Source of the DNA: Candidatus Poribacteria bacterium
GTDB taxonomy: Bacteria; Poribacteria; WGA-4E; PCPOR2b
Direction: 5' to 3'
NCBI GenBank assembly: GCA_965215015.1
Contig: OZ244042.1
Coordinates: forward strand, 5,600,001-5,664,000
DNA length: 64,000 nt
Position 1 is the first letter of the stretch; every line of letters begins with the position of its first letter. This document shows positions 30,801-40,412 of this stretch, one piece after another. Both the position numbers and the translations under genes were made by a program. The notes beneath the pieces are model-generated. The model saw only the letters and a program-made list of their open reading frames with translations. It did not search any database and was not told the DNA's origin.

Positions 30801-33800
30801 TACCGCCTTCACCGCCCTGAACCGCGAACCGAAACGCATCAACACCTGTCGTGGCAGAAGCCACTGCACGCCCTGCATCGGTCGCACCGTAGGTAATCCT
30901 TATCTCATTGGCTTTGTCAAGTGAGAAGATAGGCACGGTCACAGAGAATTTATCATCGTCCGTGACGCTGCCAAGCCCCACGCCCTCCACCTCAGTATAC
31001 CCCGGTAGGCTGACCTCTTCGACCTGCGGTTGACTCCAGCTCGACGGGACGGTGAATTTCAGCACCCCATCTTCAATTGTCTGACTCGGGGTGTAGGTAA
31101 ACACCAATACCACATCGTCGGACGCCGCACGGACGGAGGGGGTATCCAATGTAACCGTTCCCGTCCCGTCCAACGCGCTCGTCACTTTGACTTGTAAGAT
31201 ACCGGGGGCATCTTCATAAATCTTCTGGGTCTTGTCCGGGTTTCTTATCTTCTCCCGGTCGGTGTGTTCCAAGGTACTGGTAATAGCCTCGAAAACGCCG
31301 TCGCCGTCCCCATCGGATCTAATCACGAACTGGGCGGTGCCAACATTGTCCTGAACCACCGCACCGACGTCAGAACCGGTGCCACCTCCATAGATAAATC
31401 GGAAACTCCCCCCTTTGGCAAGGGTATCGATGGTCGCTATCGCGTAGCGATCGTTTATATTATCAGGAAGCAAGGAGACCCCTGCCCCTCTGACCGTCAC
31501 ATAATTCCGCTTGGTCGGATCCTCCTGCATCGACCCCCAACCGTCTGGAATTCCAAGACTCACGGCACCACCGTCCATCGTGCCGGCTGCGGTGAACTCG
31601 ACCGCAATCGCCTGATTGCTACTACCTGCCTCAATCGTCCCCGGCGATAGCACGGCTGCCCCCTTACCGTCTTCGACGTTGCTCAGCGTGACGGTGGCGG
31701 TCCCAGCGGTCCGGGTGCTGGCACCCGATGACGTTCTAAAGGTGCCGGACACTTCGACTGCACCGGCGACATGATGTAAGACAGCTCGACTATCATCGGC
31801 AGCACCATACGTAATCGTGACGGATTCACCGACATCGAGCTGACCGATTGCAACGGTGATGGTGTGCCCGGAGACGGTTATCTGATCCGCACCAATCGCC
31901 CCGGCATTCCTGCTCTTTTGTGCCTCGCCGGAGACGGATACCTCACCGGCAGTTGCGTCTGCCTTGGTTGGTTTACTGCCCAAAGTAGGCGGGATGGTCA
32001 ACCGCACCTCGCCGTCCCGTATGGGCGTAGAATCCGCTATAAACTTGAAATTGATAGTCTGTTCACTTCCGGCGGGGAAGGTGTCGGTGCCGTCGACTTC
32101 AAATCGAACCGCATCGCCTGAGGTCTTCACAACCGAGAGGATGGGGCGATCATTAATGTCGGTACCCTGGCCCTCCTGAAGTTCGGCACCATCAACCATC
32201 ACTACCCATTTATACTCGCCGGCTTCTGCGAGGATATTGACCCTGCGGATTCTGGCGGTCACGGTTTTCCCTTTTTCAAGGTCAAGACCTGACCACTCAA
32301 GGGTATCCCCGGCGTCGTTTACCTCTAACCCGTCAGAACCCGAAACATACCCATAGTCCGTCGAGGTGCTGGTTTGGAGTTTCTGGGTATCATCATCGAT
32401 AACAATACCATCCGGCTTAATCGTTAGCGTGGCATTCTCAAGATCGGTGTAGGCGGTATATGTCAGGGCGATATCTCTCCGTTGAGAACCCGCCTCCACA
32501 GAAGCAGGAGACAAGTCCACCTTACCAGAACCCGCCTTAGCAACCCACACCCCACCAATGATTTCATCTACCTCTATATCAGATGCAGAGGGGTCACCGA
32601 CACCGACAAGGGTCTCCGCGATGATCTCCGGTTTGATAAACGGGTCCGCATCAGTCCCCGCACCCGTCCCGATACCAATCCCGGCCTCACGAGTATACGA
32701 AACGATAATTTGCTGACCCGTATCAAGCCTGGTAATGGGGATATGTAGGTTAAGGGTGGAGAGCGGAACAGTCGGAGGATTATCTTCTGGTAGTAAGTCG
32801 GATTTGACCCCGCCCCTGGTTTCCACCTTAAAATCCTCAATCTCAAGGGTGTCCTGTGGTCCTAAATGTGCTATCGCGCCGATATAATTTATGGTAAGTG
32901 AACTATCGTGCATCGGCCCAGGAGCTGTGAAGGTGAGAGTGAATTCGGTATTTTCCTCACCCGAAAATACCCGCCCCGGTTCAATTGTCAGCTTTCTTTT
33001 GAGAGGGTCACGGTCGGTACCCCCTCCTATGATATTGCCAACCCTGACCTCGGGCCGATCGAACAGACCAAGCACACCGTTCCTCGTACTCTCACTGCAT
33101 AGGAATTCATAGATCTCATACGCAACATCATCGGCCTCATCATCAGCAGTACCCCGGTCGTCCGTATTAGGCAGACGAGGAGGAACCGGAGCCGTTACAT
33201 CACCCAATTGGATGATGAGTTCTCTATCATCCCGTTGGGTACCCCACGCCGAATCGAGGGCGACGGTTATCCGCTTGTCCGCTTCAAAGGCCACCCTATC
33301 CGTATCAGTACCTGAGACGGTGCCATCCTTATCCGTTTTGTATATTTCTGTGTCACCATCCATGACCGATAGAAACTTGTTAGACACCTTCCAATCGGCT
33401 GGAAACGCTATCCGAAAGCGGCCACCAGACAGGTTATCAATCGCAGATCCGTAGGTAAATTTCAGAACGTTCCGAAGACTGCCAGCAGCAAGCGGAAGCG
33501 TGCTAGTAATCTCTGGAGGTGCCTCACCAGCCGCTGCTCGGAAACCCCAACCTACGTGTACTACACTACCTACTACCCCCGGAACTGTTACATAAAAGTG
33601 GTCTTCACTGTAGTCGGGAATGTCGGTGCCTGTTTGTCTGCTGTCTTCCATATATTCGTGAAGAGGATAATTAGTATCGGGGTCGTTATCGGGCCTGTTA
33701 GACCCTCCATGAGTGCCATATACGGGCGCATGGGTCGGGGGGTTAAATATCTTGGACGTCGGTGGGTGCTGCAGGAGGCCGGGCCGTAGTGCATCCTGTA

Positions 33801-34758
33801 CGTCAGTAACAAGAGTAAATGGAGGGCTAGCATCCAGGAAGCGCTGCGGGAGATCGGTTGGTAATAGGGAATCCGTGTTCAGCCTCCTCCAGTTATCACT
33901 GTTGAATGTACTAGTGTCGAATGATCTTGGGTCGGTGGGTGGGGCGACGGGTGGGGCGGCGTTGACCTCGTACTCGAATCTATAGGTAGACTCAATGGGA
34001 TTGACAGGGAAACGTACGAAACAGGTGATTAGGTAGCTAAGTCTTACTACCGGAGCATCCGCTTTATGTAGATCACTTCTTTGCCTCGCCGTTGGAACCA
34101 CAGTTTCAAAATCCTCAGCTGAGTATCTGATTGTTATCCGATTCCCGTTAACGAATACACCCTTATCATCCCACTTTCCGTCAGAGTCCTCATGATAACT
34201 CATATTATATCGCCCATCATGTCGCTCGCGCGCGAATCGATTGCCGTAAAACACCCCATCACCGTCGTACGTGCGAGTGTCGCTGTCGGGGTCCCACCTG
34301 GCCAGGGTGTAGATGGGGAGAGAGATAAGGGCGTTTTTTCGCCACTTCGTAGCGTTTGCATCTGGAGCATCAGTTACACTTGTGCTATAAGCTGTGTGGG
34401 CAGCACGCAACCGGATGTACAGGGTGTTTCTCGGGTCCACCAACTCAACCCCGTCTGGGATGTCCAACCGAAACCCTTCCTTCGCGTCTTGGTTGTGCGT
34501 TGTATAATAAACCTTCATAACGTAAGTGCGGCCAGGCTCAATAGCGTCTAGTGGAGTCACCTGAACGAAAGGGCCGAGATTGAATGGAGTCTGCTCATCG
34601 AGAGTGTCGCGCGGGGCAAAGCGGAAACTTATAAAGTCCGCAAATATAATACCTGACGGTGCTGCCTCGTTAATAAACAACCCCACAAACAACATCAAAC
34701 TGATAACAAAAAATACGCTTAATTTCCGAAAATTTACATTTCTTGCTTGTTTAATCAC
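27820..34758 (-). CDS. 2312-aa secreted/surface protein with tandem beta-rich repeats and a C-terminal FlgD/T9SS-CTD-like domain
   Basis: Signal peptide, then repeated 'G.G...P..V.AG...FTYTA...GG...IP..W..P' modules. C-terminus LLRNYPNPFNPETWIPY...YWDGRN..GEQVASGIYFY...TRKMLILK. Confidence 0.88.
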   Translation of the reverse strand: MIKQARNVNFRKLSVFFVISLMLFVGLFINEAAPSGIIFADFISFRFAPRDTLDEQTPFNLGPFVQVTPLDAIEPGRTYVMKVYYTTHNQDAKEGFRLDIPDGVELVDPRNTLYIRLRAAHTAYSTSVTDAPDANATKWRKNALISLPIYTLARWDPDSDTRTYDGDGVFYGNRFARERHDGRYNMSYHEDSDGKWDDKGVFVNGNRITIRYSAEDFETVVPTARQRSDLHKADAPVVRLSYLITCFVRFPVNPIESTYRFEYEVNAAPPVAPPTDPRSFDTSTFNSDNWRRLNTDSLLPTDLPQRFLDASPPFTLVTDVQDALRPGLLQHPPTSKIFNPPTHAPVYGTHGGSNRPDNDPDTNYPLHEYMEDSRQTGTDIPDYSEDHFYVTVPGVVGSVVHVGWGFRAAAGEAPPEITSTLPLAAGSLRNVLKFTYGSAIDNLSGGRFRIAFPADWKVSNKFLSVMDGDTEIYKTDKDGTVSGTDTDRVAFEADKRITVALDSAWGTQRDDRELIIQLGDVTAPVPPRLPNTDDRGTADDEADDVAYEIYEFLCSESTRNGVLGLFDRPEVRVGNIIGGGTDRDPLKRKLTIEPGRVFSGEENTEFTLTFTAPGPMHDSSLTINYIGAIAHLGPQDTLEIEDFKVETRGGVKSDLLPEDNPPTVPLSTLNLHIPITRLDTGQQIIVSYTREAGIGIGTGAGTDADPFIKPEIIAETLVGVGDPSASDIEVDEIIGGVWVAKAGSGKVDLSPASVEAGSQRRDIALTYTAYTDLENATLTIKPDGIVIDDDTQKLQTSTSTDYGYVSGSDGLEVNDAGDTLEWSGLDLEKGKTVTARIRRVNILAEAGEYKWVVMVDGAELQEGQGTDINDRPILSVVKTSGDAVRFEVDGTDTFPAGSEQTINFKFIADSTPIRDGEVRLTIPPTLGSKPTKADATAGEVSVSGEAQKSRNAGAIGADQITVSGHTITVAIGQLDVGESVTITYGAADDSRAVLHHVAGAVEVSGTFRTSSGASTRTAGTATVTLSNVEDGKGAAVLSPGTIEAGSSNQAIAVEFTAAGTMDGGAVSLGIPDGWGSMQEDPTKRNYVTVRGAGVSLLPDNINDRYAIATIDTLAKGGSFRFIYGGGTGSDVGAVVQDNVGTAQFVIRSDGDGDGVFEAITSTLEHTDREKIRNPDKTQKIYEDAPGILQVKVTSALDGTGTVTLDTPSVRAASDDVVLVFTYTPSQTIEDGVLKFTVPSSWSQPQVEEVSLPGYTEVEGVGLGSVTDDDKFSVTVPIFSLDKANEIRITYGATDAGRAVASATTGVDAFRFAVQGGEGGNLAPIRTQPTVTVNPQASGKGKAVIAVTDGEGTLHTGDTGRELTVTYTAAGQMIGGKVRLEVPADWSAPTADTVEITPAIAPTFSGQMAIVEGVNLSANGTVTFVYTGDVQPKPTADTGVAFAVGVHGGDAADEFEDVSGDDTMLTVDVDEARQGAGSGEVAPRIVDAGATGVNLTFTYTAAGFVNAPREFRVHVPPGWTTPSSAAMDPENKGTYTVVHRQMGVATTVSVEKLAPVDRDMVARVKLGGLEVEAGDEIIFTYHNADAPANREVSRFVMLFDGRQVASNVSVRVQDSTPTQLTLSSAGTVSADEGAMPLGITVGLRDADGHEVAMASDVSVTLTSSSAGMFSELAEGTGTESITVTVAGGEVSAMVYYQDSTPGMATITATAPGLTMASQPVTVTTSVIAITEGSVTIEPALAMAGDTVTVSAMGTAGRTVMFSVGSIVTDHSMAEVSSGTYSGAFTVVADQHADGMYDVSVSLNGQSVMVSNALTLDSTMPTVMAMASPETVADGEPVEISATVSDASSITSVMADVSTLDTTQTDGVALTMGADGSYSASLVVSEDNTAINGSKTITVTAIDAAGNSGIGTAMVTLDNMLSYTSVIPAGTSLFHVPLAVEGLDTVGDLREMLGSNANLLIVYDRATDLWNSRSDDVPITADLGILVSMSAEATVTFTGYAWDDGASTINLTAGSNLIGLPVNDARLTNVSDIAALFATGVVASVVVSTAEGYKSVAAAGDVNDGPVMGDAAYLVTATTDATAALIGTGWSQDTAAAAPITLVSHQVAGQTPVLDVNGSVVDETTGVAQDGFRVKVKNLSTKAALNRVTSTEKTTGYNMTFVDLKVGHAAQVGDVLEISADSPSPLIGVQPVRHIVTVDDVKATRIELADLIAYEIPSETELLRNYPNPFNPETWIPYRLASDADVVLTIYDSTGLAVRTLDMGHQTAAVYESRAKAIYWDGRNRFGEQVASGIYFYSLSAGDFSATRKMLILK

Positions 34759-34904
34759 AATAAAATCCTTTCACGGGAGTTAATCTTAGGTTGGTTAACA
34801 AGGATAGGGCCCTTTTCACGTCTTACAGACGCTACTGCAAAAGATAACCCTCCATCTATTGGATTCGCTTTGTTGACGTTTTTGAAAACAAAAAAGATCA
34901 ATAC

Positions 34905-35315
34905 TAAAGTAAAGGGTTTTGAATACACAATTTTATAATACAATCGATCGAAAGAATTGTCGATCGCAATCGAACATTTTTTTTAAAGAATCTGTGGTTT
35001 TTAGAGAATCTGTGGATAGAACCCCGTTGCCTGCAACTGTTCTGCCTGTTTAACAGGGGCCCAGACGGTCATGCGAACGGTACGACACACGCCGAGGACA
35101 AACGGAAATGGTAAAGTAAAGGGTTTTGAATACACAACTCTATAATACAACCGATCGAAAGAATTGTCGATCGCAATCGAACATTTTTTTTAAAGAATCT
35201 GTGGTTTTTAGAGAATCTGTGGATAGAACCCTGTTGCCTGCGACTGTTCTGCCTGTTTAACAGGGGCCCCAGACGGTCATGCGAACGGTACGACACACGC
35301 GGGTGATAAACGGAA
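34905..35315. repeat. 207-bp tandem duplication spanning the giant gene's upstream region and the IS break point
   Basis: taaagtaaagggttttgaatacac starts at 34905 and at 35112, with few substitutions between the copies. Confidence 0.92.
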
Positions 35316-36019
35316 TCTGTTGTGCCTTGAGAAACTTTATCACATATTTAGCACGAGCGAAGCCTCTATCGAATATCAACGTGGCTTCACACCGGTCCGG
35401 TAAAATCGCTTGTGTCTTTTGATACAGTGTGAGACAAAAGCGTTGGATAATCTCAGTATTCGGTGTAGAGGTGCCAGTAGATAGGAAGCACCCAGCGGCG
35501 GAACGGCACCGCGGCAACAATCGCTTTGAAATGGCCAAACACCTGGGTTTCAACCACTAAAATCAACCGGCGTGCAGCGTGAGGTTTACAGACCCGTCTG
35601 AGCACAAAGGCGAACCAGCACCCCATCACCGCGTCAATAGGAAAGGGACGAGCTAAGAATCGCAGCAGGCGTTTCTGTTTCGTCTTTTGATGTTTGACAG
35701 CTACCGGCAAGGGGGAAGCCATTTCGTTTATCCGAAACGTCTTGGCCAACACAATAGCTAAGGTAGTCAGTATCCGGTTTTTTAACGCCGGTCTTTTCAA
35801 TACGGGGTTGAAAATCTCGGTGAGAGTAGTTATCATAGGATTGGGATTCACCGGCTTATGGCGGTGTGTGCCTTTCATAATACCTCCTTGTTTAAAACAA
35901 TCGATATTTTAGACTTTTAGACAGGGAGGTGTTTTACCATATCTGACAACCCTTGTTCACATCTATACCTCTCTAAAACAACCAACAGGACACCTCTCAA
36001 AAAAATGGGGGTAAATGAG
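35257..36019 (-). mobile_element. 5' half of an IS4-family element (truncated, frameshifted transposase)
   Basis: ORFs 35453-35878 and 35257-35553 share DNA with 27250-27650. The IR lies at ~35996-36019. Confidence 0.88.
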
Positions 36020-36033
36020 AAGGCAATTTCCTA

Positions 36034-36062
36034 TTGACAAAGCATTTCGAGTGAGGTATGTT
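36034..36062 (+). promoter_or_regulatory. sigma70-type promoter for the enolase-family operon
   Basis: TTGACA-17 nt-TATGTT, just right of the 9-bp duplication. Confidence 0.6.
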
Positions 36063-36187
36063 AGGGAAAAGAGTAGTAGGGGCCCCTTTCCTTCCATTTA
36101 CCCTTTGTTCTCACTGTAGTTCATAGGAGGAAAGCGGTAGCTTATTTTTGAAAGGTTGATGGATACAACAAAACAGGAAAACTTCCT

Positions 36188-37405
36188 ATGGCAAAAATCA
36201 AAGAAATTCGGTGTATTCGGACACGAGTCAATGGCACTTGGGTTATTGTGAAGATTACCACCGATCAGCCGGGGCTCTACGGCATTGGGTCTGCCAGCGA
36301 CCACTACCATGCTCAAACAGTCGTCACGGCGATTGAAGAGTACATCTCCCCTCGCTTGATTGGCCGAGAGGTTGGCTATATTGAAGACATCTGGCAGTCC
36401 ACCCTTACCAGTGGTTACTGGCGGAATGGGGCAATTTCAAACACCGCACTAGGGGGCATCGACATGGCACTTTGGGACATCAAAGGGAAAGAGGCGGGGA
36501 TGCCGGTCTACCAGCTTCTCGGCGGTCCCTGCCGAGCCGCCGTGCCGTGCTATGCACACGCTGGTGGTGGTGACTTCGTCGAGCTTGAGGACGATATCCG
36601 ACACTATATGGAAGAGGGGTATTCGGTTATTCGATGTCAGTTGGGCGGGTACGGCGGCGGTGGATTCATTGACGCTGATAAAGCAGGCCAGCCGAAGAAT
36701 GCTTGGGCCAACGCCCCTGCTTTCGATGATGAAGCATACCTTGAAAGCATCCCGAGGATGTTTGAATATCTGAGATCGAAGTTAGGATTTGGACCAAAAC
36801 TTACACACGACGTGCACGAGCACCTGCGCCCCCAGTGCGCGGTAACGTTGTCAAAACTTCTAGAACCTTACCGCCTCTTTTTTTTAGAGGATGTCCTCTC
36901 GCCTGAGCAGATTGACTGGTTTCGCCTGATTCGGCAGCAGTGCACCACCCCGCAGGCGATGGGAGAGCTATTTATTAACCCTCACGAATGGACCCCTCTC
37001 ATTACCGAGCGGCTGATTGACTTCGTCCGAGTCCGGGTATCGAAGGGCGGGGGCATCACCCCGTGCCGGAAGATTGCCACCCTCTGCGAATGGTTCGGCG
37101 TCAACACCGCATGGCAAGAGGGTGGAGATAATGATCCCGTTAACCAAGTGGCGGCAATGCACTTGGATTTAGCGAGTTGGAGTTTCGGTATTCAGGAAGA
37201 GAATCACTTCAGCCAAGAGGAACTTGATATCTTCCCTGGACACGCGATTCTTGAGGGTGGATACCTCTACGCGAATGATCAACCCGGGCTGGGGATTGAC
37301 ATTGACGAGGCGAAGGCAGCGCAAATTCTGGATGTTGAACAGGCGAAAAGCCCCAATTACGCCGCTGAAGATCGGAGAGCGGATGGAACGGTAGTACGAC
37401 CGTAG
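36188..37405 (+). CDS. Mandelate racemase/enolase-superfamily acid-sugar dehydratase (mannonate dehydratase RspA/ManD-like)
   Basis: Motifs IEDIWQ..YWRNG, IDMALWDIKGK, HDVHE, FFLED, MGE and PGLGID. Confidence 0.9.
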   Translation: MAKIKEIRCIRTRVNGTWVIVKITTDQPGLYGIGSASDHYHAQTVVTAIEEYISPRLIGREVGYIEDIWQSTLTSGYWRNGAISNTALGGIDMALWDIKGKEAGMPVYQLLGGPCRAAVPCYAHAGGGDFVELEDDIRHYMEEGYSVIRCQLGGYGGGGFIDADKAGQPKNAWANAPAFDDEAYLESIPRMFEYLRSKLGFGPKLTHDVHEHLRPQCAVTLSKLLEPYRLFFLEDVLSPEQIDWFRLIRQQCTTPQAMGELFINPHEWTPLITERLIDFVRVRVSKGGGITPCRKIATLCEWFGVNTAWQEGGDNDPVNQVAAMHLDLASWSFGIQEENHFSQEELDIFPGHAILEGGYLYANDQPGLGIDIDEAKAAQILDVEQAKSPNYAAEDRRADGTVVRP

Positions 37406-37468
37406 TTGACAACTAAATCGGGACTGAGGATAAAATTTAGTTCGCCAATTATAGGAAGGAGATTAAAC

Positions 37469-38092
37469 ATGTTGAAAGCATCAATCGCAACCAGCTTTAA
37501 TTGCCCGGGCCCTAGCACTAACGGACTTGCTTGGCAGGGTGCAGCCATCTGGAGCGTCGAGGCTGGATCGACGTTACACAAAATTAACCCGCAGACCGGT
37601 GAGGTTATCCTTACCGTAAACCCGCCCGCATCGGGGGCCAGCGGACTTGAATGTGATGGCAGCCATTTCTGGTATACTGATATCGGGGAAAAAATGCTGT
37701 ACAAATTAACTGTGTCGGATTTGCAAATTGTCACTTCATTTCCGCCGCCGGGACCGAGTCCCCATGGGCTCGCTTGGGATGGAGAATCTCTGTGGAGTGC
37801 CGATGTGCAATCAGATCGGCACTATAAGGTGTCTCCTGAAACTGGAGAGATATTGGCAGAATTTCCATCCCCCGGCACACGCCCCCATGGGATTGCTTGG
37901 GATGGAACGACGCTGTGGAGTGCCGACACCGACACACACATTATCTCCCAAATTGACCCACATTCCGGGGAGATTCTCGATTCCTTTGAATGTCCCGGCG
38001 AACCGCACGGCTTGACCTGGGATGGCACACATCTCTGGTACGGCGATGACGCGGAGAAGACAATATGCAAAATTGCGCTGGAACGCGTTTAA
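37469..38092 (+). CDS. Beta-propeller protein (glutamine cyclotransferase/Vgb-like repeats)
   Basis: Five 'P.GLAWDG..LW' repeats. An RBS (GGAAGGAG) precedes the ATG at 37469. Confidence 0.75.
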   Translation: MLKASIATSFNCPGPSTNGLAWQGAAIWSVEAGSTLHKINPQTGEVILTVNPPASGASGLECDGSHFWYTDIGEKMLYKLTVSDLQIVTSFPPPGPSPHGLAWDGESLWSADVQSDRHYKVSPETGEILAEFPSPGTRPHGIAWDGTTLWSADTDTHIISQIDPHSGEILDSFECPGEPHGLTWDGTHLWYGDDAEKTICKIALERV

Positions 38093-38120
38093 TGGAAGTC
38101 ACTAAACTCTGAGGTCAGTT

Positions 38121-39284
38121 ATGACGCGAACGATAGGCATTGGTGTCATCGGTATGGGGTGGATGGGGACTGTACACAGCCGCTCCTACCGACAGATTCC
38201 GACCCGTTTTCAGGACTGTGACATTCGACCGCGCCTGGTCATCTGCGCCGATGAGGTGGAATCCCGTGCCCGTGAAGCACAGACGTTGTTGAGCTTTGAA
38301 CGATACACCACCGATTGGAGGCAGGTTATTGCCGATCCAGAGGTGGAGCTCGTCAACATTACTGCGCCAAATAATATGCACCTCGAAATTGCGAGAACGG
38401 CTGCCGAAGCGGGGAAGCACATCTTCTGCGAGAAGCCTGTCGGTCGAAATCCACAGGAAACCACTGCGATCGAAGATGCCGCTCGACGGGCTGGCGTCTT
38501 GACCTGTGTGGGCTATAATTACCGATGGGCACCGCTTGTGCAGTACGCCCGGCAATTGATTGAGGAGGGACGTCTCGGCAGGCTCACACACTATCGCGGA
38601 CGCTTCTTTGCAGGTTATGCTAGCAATCCGCACGCTGTGCTGTCGTGGCGTTTTCAGCGCGAGGTGGCGGGGTTGGGTACTTTGGGTGACCTGATGTCAC
38701 ATGTCGTTGATATGGCGCAGATGATAGCCGGTCCGATCAAGCGTTTAGTGGGCAACCGCGAAACTTTCGTTTCACAACGTCCGCTTGCCACCCCCGGCGA
38801 AGGCACGCACTTCACTGTCCGCACAGATGGGCCCACGGGCGAAGTCACCAACGAAGATTATGTCGGTGCGTTGGTGCAATTTTCCAATGGGGCACATGGC
38901 ACATTAGAGGGGTGTCGTGTCATAAATGGGCCCGAATGTCAGATGGCGTTTGAGGTCCACGGTACACGCGGCGCCTTACACTGGGATTTTGAGCGCATGA
39001 ATGAACTCCATCTGTTTCTCTCCGACAGTGTTGGTGGACATAACGGTTACACCCGTATTGTGAGTGGTCCTGAGCACCCGTTTCATGTACATTTCAATCC
39101 CGGTCCCGGTGTCGGTTTGGGCTACGAAGATTTAAAGGTCATCGAAGCCTATCAATTCTTAAAGTCAATCCGGGAGGGACACCAAGGTGAGCCTGCTTTT
39201 CGTGAGGCGTTAGCTGTGGCTAAGGTGTTAGGGGCGATTGAACGTTCATGGGAAACGGAGCGTTGGGAAGAGATACAGCCCTAA
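38121..39284 (+). CDS. Gfo/Idh/MocA family oxidoreductase
   Basis: Motifs [18 protein letters not shown] and DLMSH. Confidence 0.92.
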   Translation: MTRTIGIGVIGMGWMGTVHSRSYRQIPTRFQDCDIRPRLVICADEVESRAREAQTLLSFERYTTDWRQVIADPEVELVNITAPNNMHLEIARTAAEAGKHIFCEKPVGRNPQETTAIEDAARRAGVLTCVGYNYRWAPLVQYARQLIEEGRLGRLTHYRGRFFAGYASNPHAVLSWRFQREVAGLGTLGDLMSHVVDMAQMIAGPIKRLVGNRETFVSQRPLATPGEGTHFTVRTDGPTGEVTNEDYVGALVQFSNGAHGTLEGCRVINGPECQMAFEVHGTRGALHWDFERMNELHLFLSDSVGGHNGYTRIVSGPEHPFHVHFNPGPGVGLGYEDLKVIEAYQFLKSIREGHQGEPAFREALAVAKVLGAIERSWETERWEEIQP

Positions 39285-39584
39285 GCTGCCCGGTGCCTGT
39301 CTGAATGCGGAACGTGAAACGCAATGCGTAAGACGTTCATTAGGGGTTCATTGGTTGGTTGAATTGATAAATCCTATACATGCGTTCTCTCATGTAAAGA
39401 ATGAGTGCAACAGAAGCTATAGCGACTTGCCTCTCCCCTTACTTGCCGTTCCTCCCCCCGCTTGCGGGGGGACTGAGGGGGGTAGGGGACGGGGGACTTG
39501 GGGGTTACGAAGGGGCACTTCTCTTCCTGTTTTGCGCTTTCTTTTTTCATGAGCCCATGCGCTTTCATGAGGTAGGAGGTTACA

Positions 39585-40142
39585 ATGAAGATTCGTGAAG
39601 ATTGGATACCGGGCAGCATATTCCCAAACTTTGAACGCCCCAATCAAGATGGAATAATCAGAACGCTGGAGGAGTTGATGCGGGGCTGGCCGACGGTGCT
39701 TGTCTTTTGGCGCGGGGCATATTGACCGAAGGATGTTCTCCAGTTGGAGAATTATGCAAAGGAATTGCAGCCCGAATTGGAGGTCAACTACTGTAGGCTA
39801 ATCGCTGTCTCAGTCGATGATCAGGAAACAACGAGGGCACTTCGTGAACGTATCGGTGCGACGTGGCCCTTCCTAATTGACCTTGACCGGGCATTGATTA
39901 ATGAATTGGACATCGTAGACAATACGGACCCCACCCATTCGCCGATCCCCATCCCCTATACTTTTGTCCTTGACGGGGACCGTGAGATCTACAAGATTTA
40001 CAACGGTTGGTGGTTTGTTGGAAGGCCCACCGTCGAAGAGCTGCGGCACGATTTGCGGGCACTGTTAACGCGTCGGGACGACTATGAATATAATCGTGCG
40101 TGGGATGTCTCGGAGGCGGCGAGAGAGAAGGCGTTTCTCTAA
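39585..40142 (+). CDS. Peroxiredoxin-like (AhpC/TSA) selenoprotein, Sec at UGA 39723-39725
   Basis: AGGAGGT RBS precedes the ATG at 39585, in frame with ORF 39744-40142. The read-through is VLVFWRGAY-U-PKD, with UGA at the catalytic Cys position. Hairpin at 39736-39751. Confidence 0.85.
39736..39751 (+). promoter_or_regulatory. Candidate bacterial SECIS element
   Basis: ttctcc-AGTT-ggagaa. The loop starts 16 nt after the UGA and has G at position 2. Confidence 0.6.
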
Positions 40143-40342
40143 GCTTTCGCACCGGCGTAGATTCCATCGACAATAGCCGGATCCGTCCACATCTCTTGTG
40201 GCGTTATACAAAGAGCCGCAGAGTATTCGGGATGGTGGCTACCAAGAATCAGATTCAACGATTTGAGGCCCTTGTACCGCTCATCAAGATATATAGCGGT
40301 CTTGAGCGTGACTAATTGTCCAACTGCCAAATCGGATAACAT
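40139..40342 (-). pseudogene. Short remnant resembling a PhyH-family internal segment
   Basis: LKTAIYLD...LILGSHH resembles the PhyH 'YL.D....L.V.PGSH' motif. It lies downstream of two PhyH genes. Confidence 0.4.
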
Positions 40343-40412
40343 CGGATACGTCCTCTTTCTTGGAAAACCAATCGTTGAAAGGGGTTCATGTCATGGATTT
40401 GCAGGGTCCCAC

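Larger units (their letters stand above)
26794..36019 (-). mobile_element. Composite-transposon-like unit: two directly oriented defective IS4-family copies flanking the giant surface-protein gene
   Basis: The outer ends are inverted repeats, ctcatttacccccatttttt (26794) and aaaaaatgggggtaaatgag (36019). An identical 9-bp AAGGCAATT sits at 26785-26793 and 36020-36028. Confidence 0.8.

Noticed and set aside
29905-30924. 339-aa plus-strand ORF and other long antisense ORFs
   Set aside because: They lie opposite well-supported genes, have no recognisable motifs and are expected shadows of codon bias.
27820-34758. Diversity-generating retroelement target
   Set aside because: There is no reverse transcriptase and no adenine-mismatched template/variable repeat pair in the window.
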